Of a stretch of DNA of 64,000 nucleotides, positions 13,849-25,889 are shown in pieces (within the stretch, counting starts at the first letter, position 1; every line of letters starts with the position of its first letter). The notes below the pieces were generated by a model. The model saw only the letters and a list, made by a program, of their open reading frames with translations. It searched no databases and had not been told where the DNA came from. Origin of the DNA: Felis catus (Eukaryota); the NCBI RefSeq assembly GCF_018350175.1, contig NC_058373.1, positions 108,006,001 to 108,070,000 on the forward strand, in the 5' to 3' direction. The translations under genes were made by a program, and so were the position numbers.

Positions 13849-15217
13849 TCTAAGAGGGAATTTCTAAGTCCTAAACCCCTACATTAAGAAACAAAAAAGA
13901 GCTGCTACAACCTAAATTTATACCTGAAGGAACTAGGACAAGAACAAATGAAGCCCAAAGTTAGAAAGAAAGGAAATAAAGAGGAGGCTGGAAATAAATG
14001 AATAGAGACTAAAAAGACAACAGGAAATACTAAGGAAACTAAGAGGGTTTTTTTTGTTTATTTTTTTTTTTTGAGAGAGAGAAAAAATGGACAAAACTTT
14101 AGACTCAAAAAAAAAAAAAAAGAGGGGGGTTCAAATAAAATAAGAGGAGACATTATAATCAACACCAAAGAAATACAAAAGATCCTAAGGGACTATTATG
14201 AACAATTACAGGCATAGCTCATTTTGTTGCACTTCACTTTGAGATTCACAGATGTTCTATTCTTACAAATTGAAGGTTTATGGCAACCCTTCATTGAGCC
14301 AGTCCATTGGCACCATTTTTCCTAACATTAGCTCACTTTAGGTCTCTGCGTCACATTTTGGTAATTCTTGTAACATGAGTGAAGAAGTTTGAAATATTTC
14401 ATTTGTTATGGTGATCTGTGATCTTTGATGTTACTAATGGTTTTGGGGCCCCACAAACCATGTCCATGTAAGATGGCAAACAATGAATGTGTTCTCACTG
14501 CTCCACCAACCAGCCGTTTCCCCAACTCGGTCCCTCTTCTCCAGCCTCCCTCTTCTCCCGCCTCTTCCCTGAGACACAGCAATATTGAAACCAGGCCAAT
14601 TAAGAGCCCTACAGCGTCCTCCAAGTGTTTAAGTCAAAGAAAGTGCCACACATCCCTCATTTTAAATCAAAAGCTGGAAATTATTAAGCTTAGTGAAGAA
14701 GGCATATGGAAAGCCAAGACTGGTATAAAAGGCCTAGCTTTCAGCCTAACAGCCAAGCCGTGAATGCAAAGGTAAATTCTTGAAGGAAATGACAAGTGTT
14801 AGTTCCGTGAATACATGAATGATAAGAAAACAAAACAGTCTTATCGCTGCTAGGAAGAAAATTTTAGTGGTCTGGGTAGAGGATCAAACCAGCCACAACA
14901 TTCCCTTAAGTTAAAGCCTAATCCAGAGCAAGGCCTATTACTCTCTTGAGTTCTGAGAAGGCGGAGAGAGATAAGGAAGCTGCAGAAGAGAGGTTTGAAG
15001 CTAGAAGAGCTTTATGAAGTTTAGGAAGACAGCTCCATAATATCAAAGCGCAAAATGAGGAAGCAAGCGCTGATGTAAAAGCTGTAGCAAATTGCCAAGA
15101 TGACCTAACTTAGATAATGAAGGTGGCCTCATTCAACAGATTTTGAATGTAGATGAAACAGCCTTCTTTTGGAAGAAGGCATGATGTAGAACTCTTATAG
15201 TTGAAGAGGAGAAGTCA

Positions 15218-15832
15218 GGAGACTTCTGGTCCAACACAGTGACACAGGAAGACCCTGAACTCACCTCCTCCATAAACACACCAAATCAACACCTATTGAG
15301 AGCAGTTCCTCCTGACAGAAAATTGAGGGCAGACTGAACGGCTTCTGAACAAGGAAAGATAGACCACATAGAGAATGATGAGACGGAGACACATTAGCAA
15401 AGCGAATCCCCACCCTGGATGCTGTGAACTGTAGGGGGAAGGGAGAATACTGAGGACCAAGAGCAGATTCATCTGCCCTGGGGCACAGGAAAAAGCTGTG
15501 GTTTAAAAGGGCAACTAGAATCAACAAAACAAAAAGGCAACCTACTGAAATGGAGAGGATATTTACAAATGATTTCTCCAAAAAGGGATTAAAATCTAAA
15601 GGTATATAAAGAACTTCTACAACTCAATACCAAAAAAACAAACAATCTGATTTAAAAATGGGCAGAGGACAGGGTGCCTAGGTGGCTCAATCCAGTTAAG
15701 CAGTTCAAGCGGTTAAGTAGGACTCTTGATTATCAGCTGAGGTCATGATCTCACTATTGTGAGACTGAGCCCCAGTGTGGGGCTCTGTGCTGACAGTGCA
15801 GAGCCTGCTTGGGATTCTTTCTCTCCTCTCTC

Positions 15833-15871
<39 letters not shown>

Positions 15872-17053
15872 CTCCCCCCACCCATGCCCTTGCTCTCCCT
15901 CTCTCTTTCAAATAAATAAACATGAAAAAAAAATGGGCAGAGGACCTGAAGAGACATTTTGCCCAAACAGACATAAGATGGTCAAAAGACACATGAAAAG
16001 ACATCTGCTCAACATCATTCATCATCAGGGAAATGCAGGCCAAAACCACATTATCACCTCACACCTGTCAGATGGCTAAAATCAAGAGATGAAACAACAG
16101 GTGTTGGTGAGGAAGTGGAGAAAAGGGAACCCTTTTGCACTGTTGGTGGGAATGCAAGCTGGTGCAGCCACTGTGGAAAACAGTATGGAAGTTCCTCAAA
16201 AAGTTAAAAATAGAATTAACCCTATGATCCAGTAATGGTAATGGTGGTACACTAGATTTTTACCCAAAGAAAACAAAAGCACTAATTTGAAAAGATATAT
16301 GCACCTATATGTTTATAGTAGCATTATTTACAATAGCCAAGATATGGAAGCAACCTAAATGTCCATTGATAGATTCCACACAATGGAACATTGGCCATAA
16401 AAAAGAGATCTTGCCATTTGAGACAACTGGAGACCTAGAGGGTATTATTCTAAATAAAATAGACTGAGAAACACAAATACCATAATCTTTCACTTATATG
16501 TGGAATCTAAAACAAAACAAAAACAAAAATGAAAAAACAAAACAGAATCAGACCTATAATACGGAGAACAAACTGATGCTTGCCAGAGCGGAAGGGGGTG
16601 TTCAGATGGGCAAAATTGGTGAAGGGAAGTAGGAGATAGACTTCTAGTTATGGAATGAAGGTCATGGAGATAAAAAGCACAGCACAGGGAATATAATCGA
16701 TGATACTGTAATAGTGTTATATGGTAAGAGATGATAGCTACACTTGTGGTAAGCATAGCATAATGTATAAACTTGTCAAATCATTATGTTGCACATCTGA
16801 AAGTAATGTAACATCGTATCAACTTTACTCAAATACTCAAATAAAAAGTATTTAAATTAAAAAAAATAAAAGGGCACCTGAAATACAAAGAAACTCCTTC
16901 CAGACATGGGGATAAAAGGTACAGCATAGAGAATATAGTCAATGGTATTGTAATAGGGCAGTATGGTGACAGATAGTAGCTACACAAATCACTATGTTTA
17001 CACCTGAAACTAATGTAACATTGTGTGTCAAGTATACTTCAATAAATAAAATT
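15218..17053 (+). mobile_element. Internally deleted L1 (5'UTR start fused to ORF2 3' end and 3'UTR) plus a second 3'UTR tail, inserted in Tigger1
   Basis: 15218-15518 is homologous to the host L1 5' start at 8342; ORF2-end text follows from ~15520; Tigger1 breaks at 'gaggagaagtca' (15206-15217) and resumes at 'aaggcgaagcaa-atgcctg' (17054 onward). Confidence 0.8.
15671..15928 (+). mobile_element. Can-SINE nested in L1, in Tigger1, in L1
   Basis: Perfect 17-bp TSD AAAAATGGGCAGAGGAC at 15654-15670 and 15929-15945. Confidence 0.93.
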
Positions 17054-18470
17054 AAGGCGAAGCAAATGCCTGACTTCAAAGCTTCAAAAGGACAGGCTGG
17101 CTCTTTTGTTAGGAGCCAATATATCTGGTAACTAAGTTGAACCAATGCTCATTGACTCTTCTGAAAATCTTAGAGACTCTTAAGAATTATGTTAAATCTA
17201 CTGTGCCTGTACTCTATAAATAGAAGAGCTAAGTCTATATTACAAACATCTGTTTACAACGTGGTTTACTGAACATTTTGAACCCACTTTGAGACCTGCT
17301 GTTAAGATTCCTTTCAAAATATTACCATTTACTGACTACTCACCCAAGAGTAGTGCAATTAAGGTTATTGTTCATATCTGCTAACACAAAATCCATCCTG
17401 CAGCTCATGGATCAAGAAGTGATTTTGAAATTGAACTATTGTTTAAGAAATGTATTTCATAGGTACCATAGGTAGGGATTCCTATAATAGATCTGGGCAA
17501 AGTAACTTGGAAGCCTTTTGGAAAGAATTCACCATTCTAGATACCATGAAGAACATTTGTGATTCATGGGAAAGGGTCAAAAATTATCAACATTAACAGG
17601 AGTTTGGAAGATGTTGACTCCAAGTCTCAGGAAGGACTTTGAGGGGTTCAAGACTTCAGTGGAGGCAGTAACTGCAGATGTGAGGGAAATAGCAAGAGAT
17701 CTGGAATTAGAAGTAGAGCCTAAAGTAGAGCCTGAATTTCTACAAAATCAAACTTGAAAGGACGAGGAATTGCTTCTTATAGATAAACAAAGATAGTAGT
17801 TTCTTGAGGTGGAATCTACTCCCGGTGAAGATGTTGTGAAGTTTGTTGAAACAACCACAAAGGATTTAGAATATTGCGTAGATTTTGTTGATAAAGTATT
17901 GGTGGGGTTTGAAAGGATTGACTCCATTTTTGAAAGAAGTTCTACTGTGGATAAAATGCTTTCAATCAGCATTACATGCTACAGAGCAATCATTTGTGAA
18001 AGGCAGAAAGTGAGTGCAGCAAACTTCATTGTTGACTTATTTTAAGATATTCCCACAGCCACCCCATCCTTCAGGATTCACCACACTATCAGTCAGGAAC
18101 CGCTAACATCAAAGCAAGAACTTCCACCAGCAAAAAGATTACAATTTGTGGAAAGCTCAGATAATGGTTAGCATTTTTTAAGCAATATTTTAAAGTATAT
18201 GCATTTCTAGACATATTATTGCACACTTAATAGGCTACAGTGTAGTGTAAACTTTTATGTGCATTGAGAAAAAAATTCATTTGACTCTATTGCAGTACTC
18301 TCTTTATTGCAGTGGTCTGGACCACAAGATCTCTGAAGTATGCCTGTATACACCAATATATTGGACAACCTAGAATAAATACCTAGGAAGATACAACCTA
18401 CCAAGACTGAATCATGAAGAAACAGAAAAATCTTAAACCAAGAGATTACTAGTAAGGGGGTGAATCAATA

Positions 18471-18669
18471 AATTTAATATTTATTTTGAGAGATAGACAG
18501 AGTGTGAGTGGGGAGAGGGCAGAGAGAGAGGGAGACACAGAATCCAAAGCCAGCCCCAGGCTCTGAGCTGTCAACATAGAGCCTGATGCGGGACTCGAAC
18601 TCATGAACTGTGAGATCATGACCTGACCCAAAGGCGGACGTTCAACTGATCGAGCCACCCAGGCACCCC
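18471..18669 (-). mobile_element. Can-SINE in host L1 ORF2
   Basis: Ends 'gagccacccaggcacccc'; (GA)n body. Confidence 0.9.
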
Positions 18670-19917
18670 AAACCAAGAATTTAAGAGTTCTCAAACAATA
18701 GTGTAAGGGTAGATGGCTTCACTGGTGAATTCTATCAAACATTTAAAGAATTAGTACCAATCTTTCTCAAACTCTTCCAAAACTAGAATAGGAAAAAAAC
18801 ACTTCCAATTTCATTTTATGAGTCCAGCATTACCCTGATACCAAAACCAGAGAAGGTCATTGTAAGAAAAGAAAATTGCAGGCCAATATCCCTGATGAAC
18901 ACAGGTGCAAAAGTCTCCAACAAAATATAAGCAAACTGAAGTCAACAATACATTAAAAGGATCATACACCATGATCAGGTGTGATTTATTCCAGGAATGC
19001 AAAAATGGTTCAACATCTACAACATCAATTTGATACACCTCATTAAAAATGAATATAAATCATATATGATCATCTGAATAGATGCAGAAAAAGCATGACA
19101 AAATTCATCCTCCTTTCATTATCAAAACCTTCAACAAATTGGGTATAGACAGAATGTACCTCAACATATAAAGACCACATATATGACAATTCCACAGTTA
19201 ACTGCATACTAAAAAGTGAAAAACTGAAAGCTTTTCCTCTTAATATCAGGAACAAAACAAGAATACCTACTCTTGCCATTCCTATCCAACACAGCACTGG
19301 TTGTCTTAATTATAGCAATTAGGCAAGACAAAGAAATAAAAAACATACAAATCAGAAAGGAAAAAGTAAAATTATTATTTCTATTACAGATGACATATTA
19401 TATATAGAAAAACCCTAAACACTCCACCAAAAAACTGTTAGAATAATCAGGTTCAGTGAAGATGTAGGGTAAAAAAAAAAATCAACAAAGATTAATTGTG
19501 TTTTTGTACACTAACAATAAGGTATCTGAAAAAGAAAACTCCCCCCACCCCCCCGCCATCAAATGCATCAAAAACAAAAAAAAAAGTACCTAGGAATAAA
19601 CTTAACCATGAAGATCAAAGACCCATGCATTGAAAGCTATGGACATTGATGAAAGAAAATGAAGAATAAATGGAAAGATATTCCATGTTCATGGATTTGA
19701 AGAGTACTGTTAAAATGTCCACACTACCCAAAACAATCTACAGATTGAATGCAGTCCCTGTCAAACTTCCAATGGCATTTTTCACAGATATAGAATAATC
19801 CTAAAATTTGTATGGAACCACACAAGACCTCAAATAGCCAAACCAATCTCAATAAAGAACAACAAAGCTGGAGGCATCATGGTCGCTGATTTTAAACTAT
19901 ATTAAAAAGATATATTA

Positions 19918-21451
19918 TATGTTGTTGAATTCGATTTGCTAGTATCTTGTTGAGAATTTTTGCATCCATATTCATCAGGGATATTGGCTTATAGTTCTCT
20001 TATTTTTTGCTTGGTCTCTGTCTGGTTTGGGAATTAAAGTAATGCTGGCTTCATAGAATCAGTCTGAAAGTTTTCCTTCCCTTTCTACTTTTTGGAACAG
20101 CTTGAGAAGGATAGGTATTATCTCTGCTTTCAATGTCTGGTAGAATTCCCCAGAGAAGTCATCTGGTCCTGGACTCTTATTTGTTGAGAAATTTTTGATA
20201 ACTGATTCAATTTCTTCACTGGTTATGGGTCTGTTCAAATTTTCTATTTCTTCCTGTTTGAGTTTTGAAGTGTCTGGGAGTTTAGGCATTTGTCCATTTC
20301 TTCCAGGTTGTCCAGTTTGTTGGCATAAAATTTTTCATAGCATTCCCTGATAATTGCTTGTATTTCTGAGGGACTGGTTGTAATAATTCCATTCTAATTC
20401 ATGATCTATTTGGGTCATTTCCCTTTTCTTTTTGAGAAGCCTGGCTAGAGGTTTCTCAATTTTATTTTTTCAAAAAACCAACTCTTGGTTTCATTGATCT
20501 GCTCTACAGTTTTTTAGATTCTATATTATTTCTGCTCTGATCTTTAGTATTTCTCTTCTGCTGGGTTTGGAGTGTCTTTGCTGTTCTGCTTCTATTTCCT
20601 TTAGGTGTGCTGTTAGATTTGTATTTGGGATTTTCCTTGTTTCTTGGGATAGGCCTGGATTGCCATGTATTTTCCTCTTAGGACATCCCAAAGGGTTTGC
20701 TGCATCCCAAAGCATTTGGATTGTTGTATTTTCATTTTCATTCGTTTCCATATATTTTTAAATTTCTTCTCTAATTGCCTAGTTGACCCATTCATTCTTT
20801 AGTAAGGTGTTCTGTAACCTCCATGCTTTTGGAGGTTTTCCAGATTTTTCCTGTGGTTGATTTCAAGTTTCATAGCATTGTGGTCTGAAAGTGTGCATGG
20901 TATGATCTCAATTCTTTTATACTTATGAAGGGCTGTTTTGTGACCCAGTATGTGATCTATCTTGGAGAATGTTCTATGCGCACTTGAGAAGAAAGTATAT
21001 TCTGTTGCTTTGGGATGCAGAGTTCTAAATATATCTGTCAAGTCCATCTGATCCAATGTATCATTCAGGGCCCTTGTTTCTTTATTCTGTGTCTAGATGA
21101 TCTATCCATTGTTGTAAGTGGGGCATTAAAGTCCCCTGCAATTACCACATTCTTATCAACAAGGTTGCTTATGTTTGTGATTGTTTTATATATTTGGGGG
21201 CTCCCGTATTCAGCACATAGACATTTATAATTGTTAGGTCTTCCTGATGGATAGACCCTGTAATTATTATATAATGCCCTTCTTCATCTCTTGTTACAGC
21301 CTTTAATTTAAAGTCTAGTTTGTCTAATATAAGTATGGTTACTCCAGCTTTCTTTTGACTTCCAGTAGCATGATAGATAGTTCTCCATCCCCTCACTTTC
21401 AATCTGAAGGTGTCCTCAGGTCTAAAAGTAGTCTCCTGTAGACGGCAAATA
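19918..21451 (-). mobile_element. Inverted 5' segment of a twin-primed felid L1 (ORF2 endonuclease to pre-RT region)
   Basis: Minus-strand ORF2 peptides (MKVRGWRTIYHATGSQKKAGV; MDLTDIFRTLHPKATEYTFFSS; ENLNRPITSEEIESVIK). Confidence 0.93.
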
Positions 21452-23783
21452 CATGATCAAGTGGGATTCATTCCTGGGCTGCAGGGTGGTTCCATATTCG
21501 CAAATCAATCAGTGTGATACATCACATTAATAAAAGAAAAGAACCATATGATCCTGTCAATTGATGCAGAAAAAGCATTTGACAAAATTCCGCATCCTTT
21601 CTTAATAAAAACGCTCGAGAAAGTCGGGATAGAAGGAACATACTTAAACATCATAAAAACCATTTATGAAAAGCCCACAGCTAATATCATCCTCAATGGA
21701 GAAAAACTGAGAGCTTTCCCCCGAGATCAGGAACATGACAGGGATGTCCACTCTTACCTCTGTTGTTTAACATAGTGTTGGAAGTTCTAGCATCAGCAAT
21801 CAGACAACAAAAGGAAATCAAAGGCATCACAATTGGCAAAGATGAAGTCAAGCTTTCACTTTTTGCAGATGACATGTGGAAAACCCGATAGACTCCACCA
21901 AAATCTGCTAGAACTGATACATGAATTCAAAGTCGCAGGATACAAAATCAATGTACAGAAATCAGTTGCATTCTTATACACTAATAAGGAAGCAACAGAA
22001 AGACAAACTGATCCCATTCACAACTGTACCAAGAATCATAAAATAGCTAGGAATAAACCTAACCAAAGATGTAAAAGATCTGTATGCTGAAAACTATAGA
22101 AAGCTTATGAAGGAAACTGAAGAAGATACAAAGAAATGGAAAAACATTCTGTGCTCATGGATTGGAAGAATAAATATTGTTAAAATGTCAATACTACCGA
22201 AAGCAATCTACACATTCAATGCAATCCCAATCAAAATTGCACCAGCATTCTTCTCAAGCTAGAACAAGCAATCCTAAAATTTGTATGGAACCACAAAAGA
22301 CCCCGAATAGCCAAAGTAATTTTGAAGAAGACGACCAAAGCGGGAGGCATTACAATCCCAGACTTTAGCCTCTACTACAAAGCTGTAATCATCGAGACAG
22401 CATGGTATTGGCACACAGACAGACACATAGACCAATGGAATAGAATAGACTCCAGAATTGGACTCACAAAAGTATGGTGAATTAATCTTTAACAAAGCAG
22501 GAAAGAATATCCAGTGGAAAAAAGACAGTCTCTTTAACAAATGGTGCTGGGATAACTGGACAACAATATGCAGAAGAATGAAACTAGAACACTTTCTTAC
22601 ACATTCACAAAAATAAACTCAAAATGGATAAAGGACCTGAATGTGAGACAGGAAACCATCAAAACCCTAGAAGAGAAAGCAGGAGAAAACTGACCTCAAC
22701 TGCAGCAATTTCTTACTCAACGCATCTCCAAAGGCAAGGGAATTAAAAGCAAAAATGAACTATTGGGACCTCACGAAGATAAAAATCTTCTGCACAGCAA
22801 AGGAAACAATCAACAAAACTAAAAGGCAACTGATGGAATGGGAAAATATATTTGCAAATGACATATCAGACAAAGGGTTAGTATCCAAAATCTATAAAGA
22901 GCTCACCAAACTCAACACATGAAAAATAAATAATCCAGTGAAGAAATGGGCAGAAGACACCAATAAACACTTCTCTAAAGAAGACATCCAGATGGCCAAT
23001 AGGCACATGAAAAGATGCTCAACATCACTCCTCATCAGGGAAATACAAATCAAAACCACACTCAGGTATCACCTCACGCCAGTCAGAGTGGCTAAAATGA
23101 ACAAATCAGGAGACTATAGATGCTGGCAAGGATGTGGAGAAACGGGAACCCTCTTGCACTGTTGGTGGGAATGCAAACTGGCACAGCCACTCTGGAAAAC
23201 AGTGTGGAGGTTCCTCAAAAAATTAAAAATAGATCTACCCTATGACCCAGCAATAGCACTGCTAGGAATTTACCCAAGGGATACAGGAGTGCTGATGCAC
23301 AGGGGCACTTGAACCCCAATGTTTATAGCAACACTTTCAACAACAGCCAAATTATGGAAAGACCCTAAATGTCCATCAACTGATGAATGGATAAAGAAGT
23401 TGTGGTTTATATACACAATGGAATACTACTTGGCAATAAGAATGAAATATGGTCTTTTGTAGCAACATGGATAGAACTGGAGAGTGCTATGCTAAGTGAA
23501 ATAAGTAATACAAAGAAAGACAGATACCATATGTTTTCACTCTTATGTGGATCCTGAGAAACTTGACAGAAGACCATGGGGGAGGGGGAGGGGAAGGAAA
23601 AAAAAAGTAAGGGAGGGAGGCAAACCGTAAGAGACTTGTAAAGACTGAGAATAAACTGAGGGTTGATGGGGGGGTGGGAGGGAAGGGAAAGTGGGTGATG
23701 GGCATTGAGGAGGGCACCTGGTGGGATGAGCCCTAGGTGTTGTATGGAAACCAATTTGACAATAACTTTCACATAAAAAAAAG
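21452..23783 (+). mobile_element. Non-inverted 3' segment of the same L1 (RT, C-terminus, 3'UTR, polyA)
   Basis: Begins CATGATCAAGTGGGATTC (HDQVGF); [12 protein letters not shown]-rich 3'UTR; A tail ~23775; degenerate TSD AAAAAGATATATTA (19904-19917) vs AAAAAACTATACTA (23784-23797). Confidence 0.93.
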
Positions 23784-24367
23784 AAAAAACTATACTAATC
23801 AAAATAGTAAAGTAGTAGCATAAAAAGATCAATGGAGTAAAATGGAGAGCCTATAAATGGGAATCACCATATAGGTTCAACTTATGACAAAGGAGCCAAG
23901 CAAATACCGTAGGAAAAGGATAATCGCTTTACTAAATGGGGTTAGGAAAATTGGACAGCCACAGCAAAAGAATGAAACTGGGTCACCGTCTTATACTACA
24001 CATACACACACCAACTCAAAATGGGTTAAAAACAGAATGTAAGACCTAAAAACCTTAGAACTCCTTAAAAAAAGGCAGTGGGGGGGGGGGGAGATAGGGG
24101 TAAGGTCATTGCCATCAGCATTTGCAATGATTGTTTTGGATTTGACACCCCAAAGCAAAGGAAACAAATGTGAAAATAAACAAGTGGGACTCCATCAGAC
24201 TGAAAGGTTCTCTATACTAAAAAGAAACCATTAACAAAATGGAAAGGCAACCTACAAAACAGAAGAAAATATTTGCATGTCATCTGATGAGGGGGTAATA
24301 TCCAAAATACATAACGAACTCCTACAACTTGATAGCAAAAAACAAAAACAAAAAAAACTTGATTTTT

Positions 24368-24558
24368 TAAAAAATGTTTTATTTTATTTTTGATAGAGAG
24401 CGCAAGCAGGGGAAGGGCAGAGAAAGAGACAGGGGGAAACAGAGGATCCGAAGCAGGCTCCATCCGCCCTGACAGTGGTGAGCTGCATATGGACTTGAAC
24501 TCACTAACTGTGAAATCATGACCTGAGCCGGAGTCTGACTGAGCCACCCAGGCGCTCC
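24368..24558 (-). mobile_element. Can-SINE
   Basis: Ends 'gagccacccaggcgctcc'; flanked by AAC(T/C)TGATTTTTT duplication. Confidence 0.88.
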
Positions 24559-24738
24559 ACAACCTGATTTTTTTCAATGGGCGGAGGATCTGAATACACA
24601 TTTTTCCAAAGAAAATATACAAAATGGCCAGCAGATCCATAAAGAGGTGCTCAGTATCACAAATTTCAGGGAAGTGCAAATCAAAGCCACAGGAGATCAC
24701 ATCACACCTGCTAGTATGACTATTATCAAAACGACAAG

Positions 24739-24920
24739 TGGCACCGGGGTGGCTAAGTCAGTTAAGTGTCCCAGTTTGGCTCGGGTCGTGATCTCGTGGT
24801 TCATGGGTTCGAGCCCTGTGTGAGGCTCTGTGCTGACAGCTCAGAGCCTGGAGCCTGTTTTGGATTCTGTGTTTCCCTTTCTCTCACTCTCAAAAATAAA
24901 TAAACATTAAAAAAAAAAAA
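24739..24920 (+). mobile_element. Can-SINE
   Basis: Head 'tggcaccggggtggctaagtcagttaag'; A tail; AAAA(C)GACAAG duplication. Confidence 0.88.
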
Positions 24921-25889
24921 AGACAAGAAACAAGTGTTGGCAAGGATGTAGAGAAAAGGAAACCCTGTGCCCTGCTGGCGAGAATGTGAACTCATGTAGC
25001 CACTATGAAAAAAAATATATAGAGGTTCCTCATATTAAAAATAGTACTACCATATGATCCAACAGTTCTACTTTTGGGCATTTTCGTGAAGGAAACAAAG
25101 TTACTATTTTGAAGAGATACATATACCCCATGTTAATTCACTGTGGCGTTATTCCCAACAGTCAAGACATGAAACAACCAAAATGTCCATCAACAGGTGG
25201 ATGGATAAGAGAGGCAAACACACACACAAAATAGAGTATCATTCAGCCATAAAAAAGTAGTAAAATCTTGCCATTTGCAGCAACATGGATGTACCTTAGG
25301 GTATTAAGTGGAATAAGTCAGAAAGAGAAAGACACTGTATGATCTCACTTATACGTGGAATCTAAAACAACAACAAAAGCCAAACTCAAAGATACAGAGA
25401 ACAGGTTAGTGGTTGCCAGAGGCAGGCAGTATGGTGAAATGGGTGAAACTTCCAGTGATCAGATAAACAGGTCCTGGGGATGTAATATACAGCATGTGAC
25501 TATAGTTAACCATTCTGTATCGTACATTTGAAAGTTGCCAAGAGCATAAATCTTAAAATTTCTTATCACAGGAAAAAAAAACAAAAGTTGAGGCTATGTG
25601 ATGGATATTAACTAATTGTGCTAATCATCTCACAACATACACTACACCAAATCATTTTGTGTACCTGAAACTAATAGAGGTCATGTCAAGCGTACCTCAA
25701 AAAAATAGTAAAATTATTAATAGACAATAACATTTTGAATTAACACTCCTCAAAAAGAAACATTCCTTAGGGGAAATAAAAAGCTTTTGCACCTTATACA
25801 GATTCACAGAGAACATAGGACATGCTTCCCTGTTTGTTGTGCTCTTCCTGAGCTACTGCACTGGCATGAGCCCTGTAAGAACCACTAAG

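Larger units (their letters stand above)
14209..18346 (+). mobile_element. Near-full-length Tigger1 (TcMar-Tigger) DNA transposon with a decayed transposase
   Basis: TIRs CAGGCATA...TATGCCTG; TA duplication at 14207-14208 and 18347-18348; transposase remnants LEIIKLSEEGIWKA and LTGVWKMLTPSLRKDFEGFKTSVEAVTADV; host L1 reads continuously across it. Confidence 0.93.
8342..25705 (+). mobile_element. Old, apparently full-length L1 (L1MA9/early carnivore-type) with degenerate 5'UTR, ORF1, ORF2 and 3'UTR; host of multiple nested insertions
   Basis: 5' end 'ttctggttcaagatgg'; ORF1 remnants ~10000-10457 and 12037-12330 (MNPKRPTQRHIKLSKVKDKE); endonuclease start ~12765; RT region 18349-19917; 3' part 23798-25705 ending 'cctgaaactaat...cctcaaaaaaa'. 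The sequence is collinear across each insertion. Confidence 0.85.

Noticed and set aside
10396..23312. Many ORFs with reverse transcriptase, endonuclease or transposase motifs that could suggest a novel RT-nuclease system
   Set aside because: All are frameshifted fragments of L1 ORF1/ORF2 and Tigger1 transposase; their juxtaposition is explained by nested insertion
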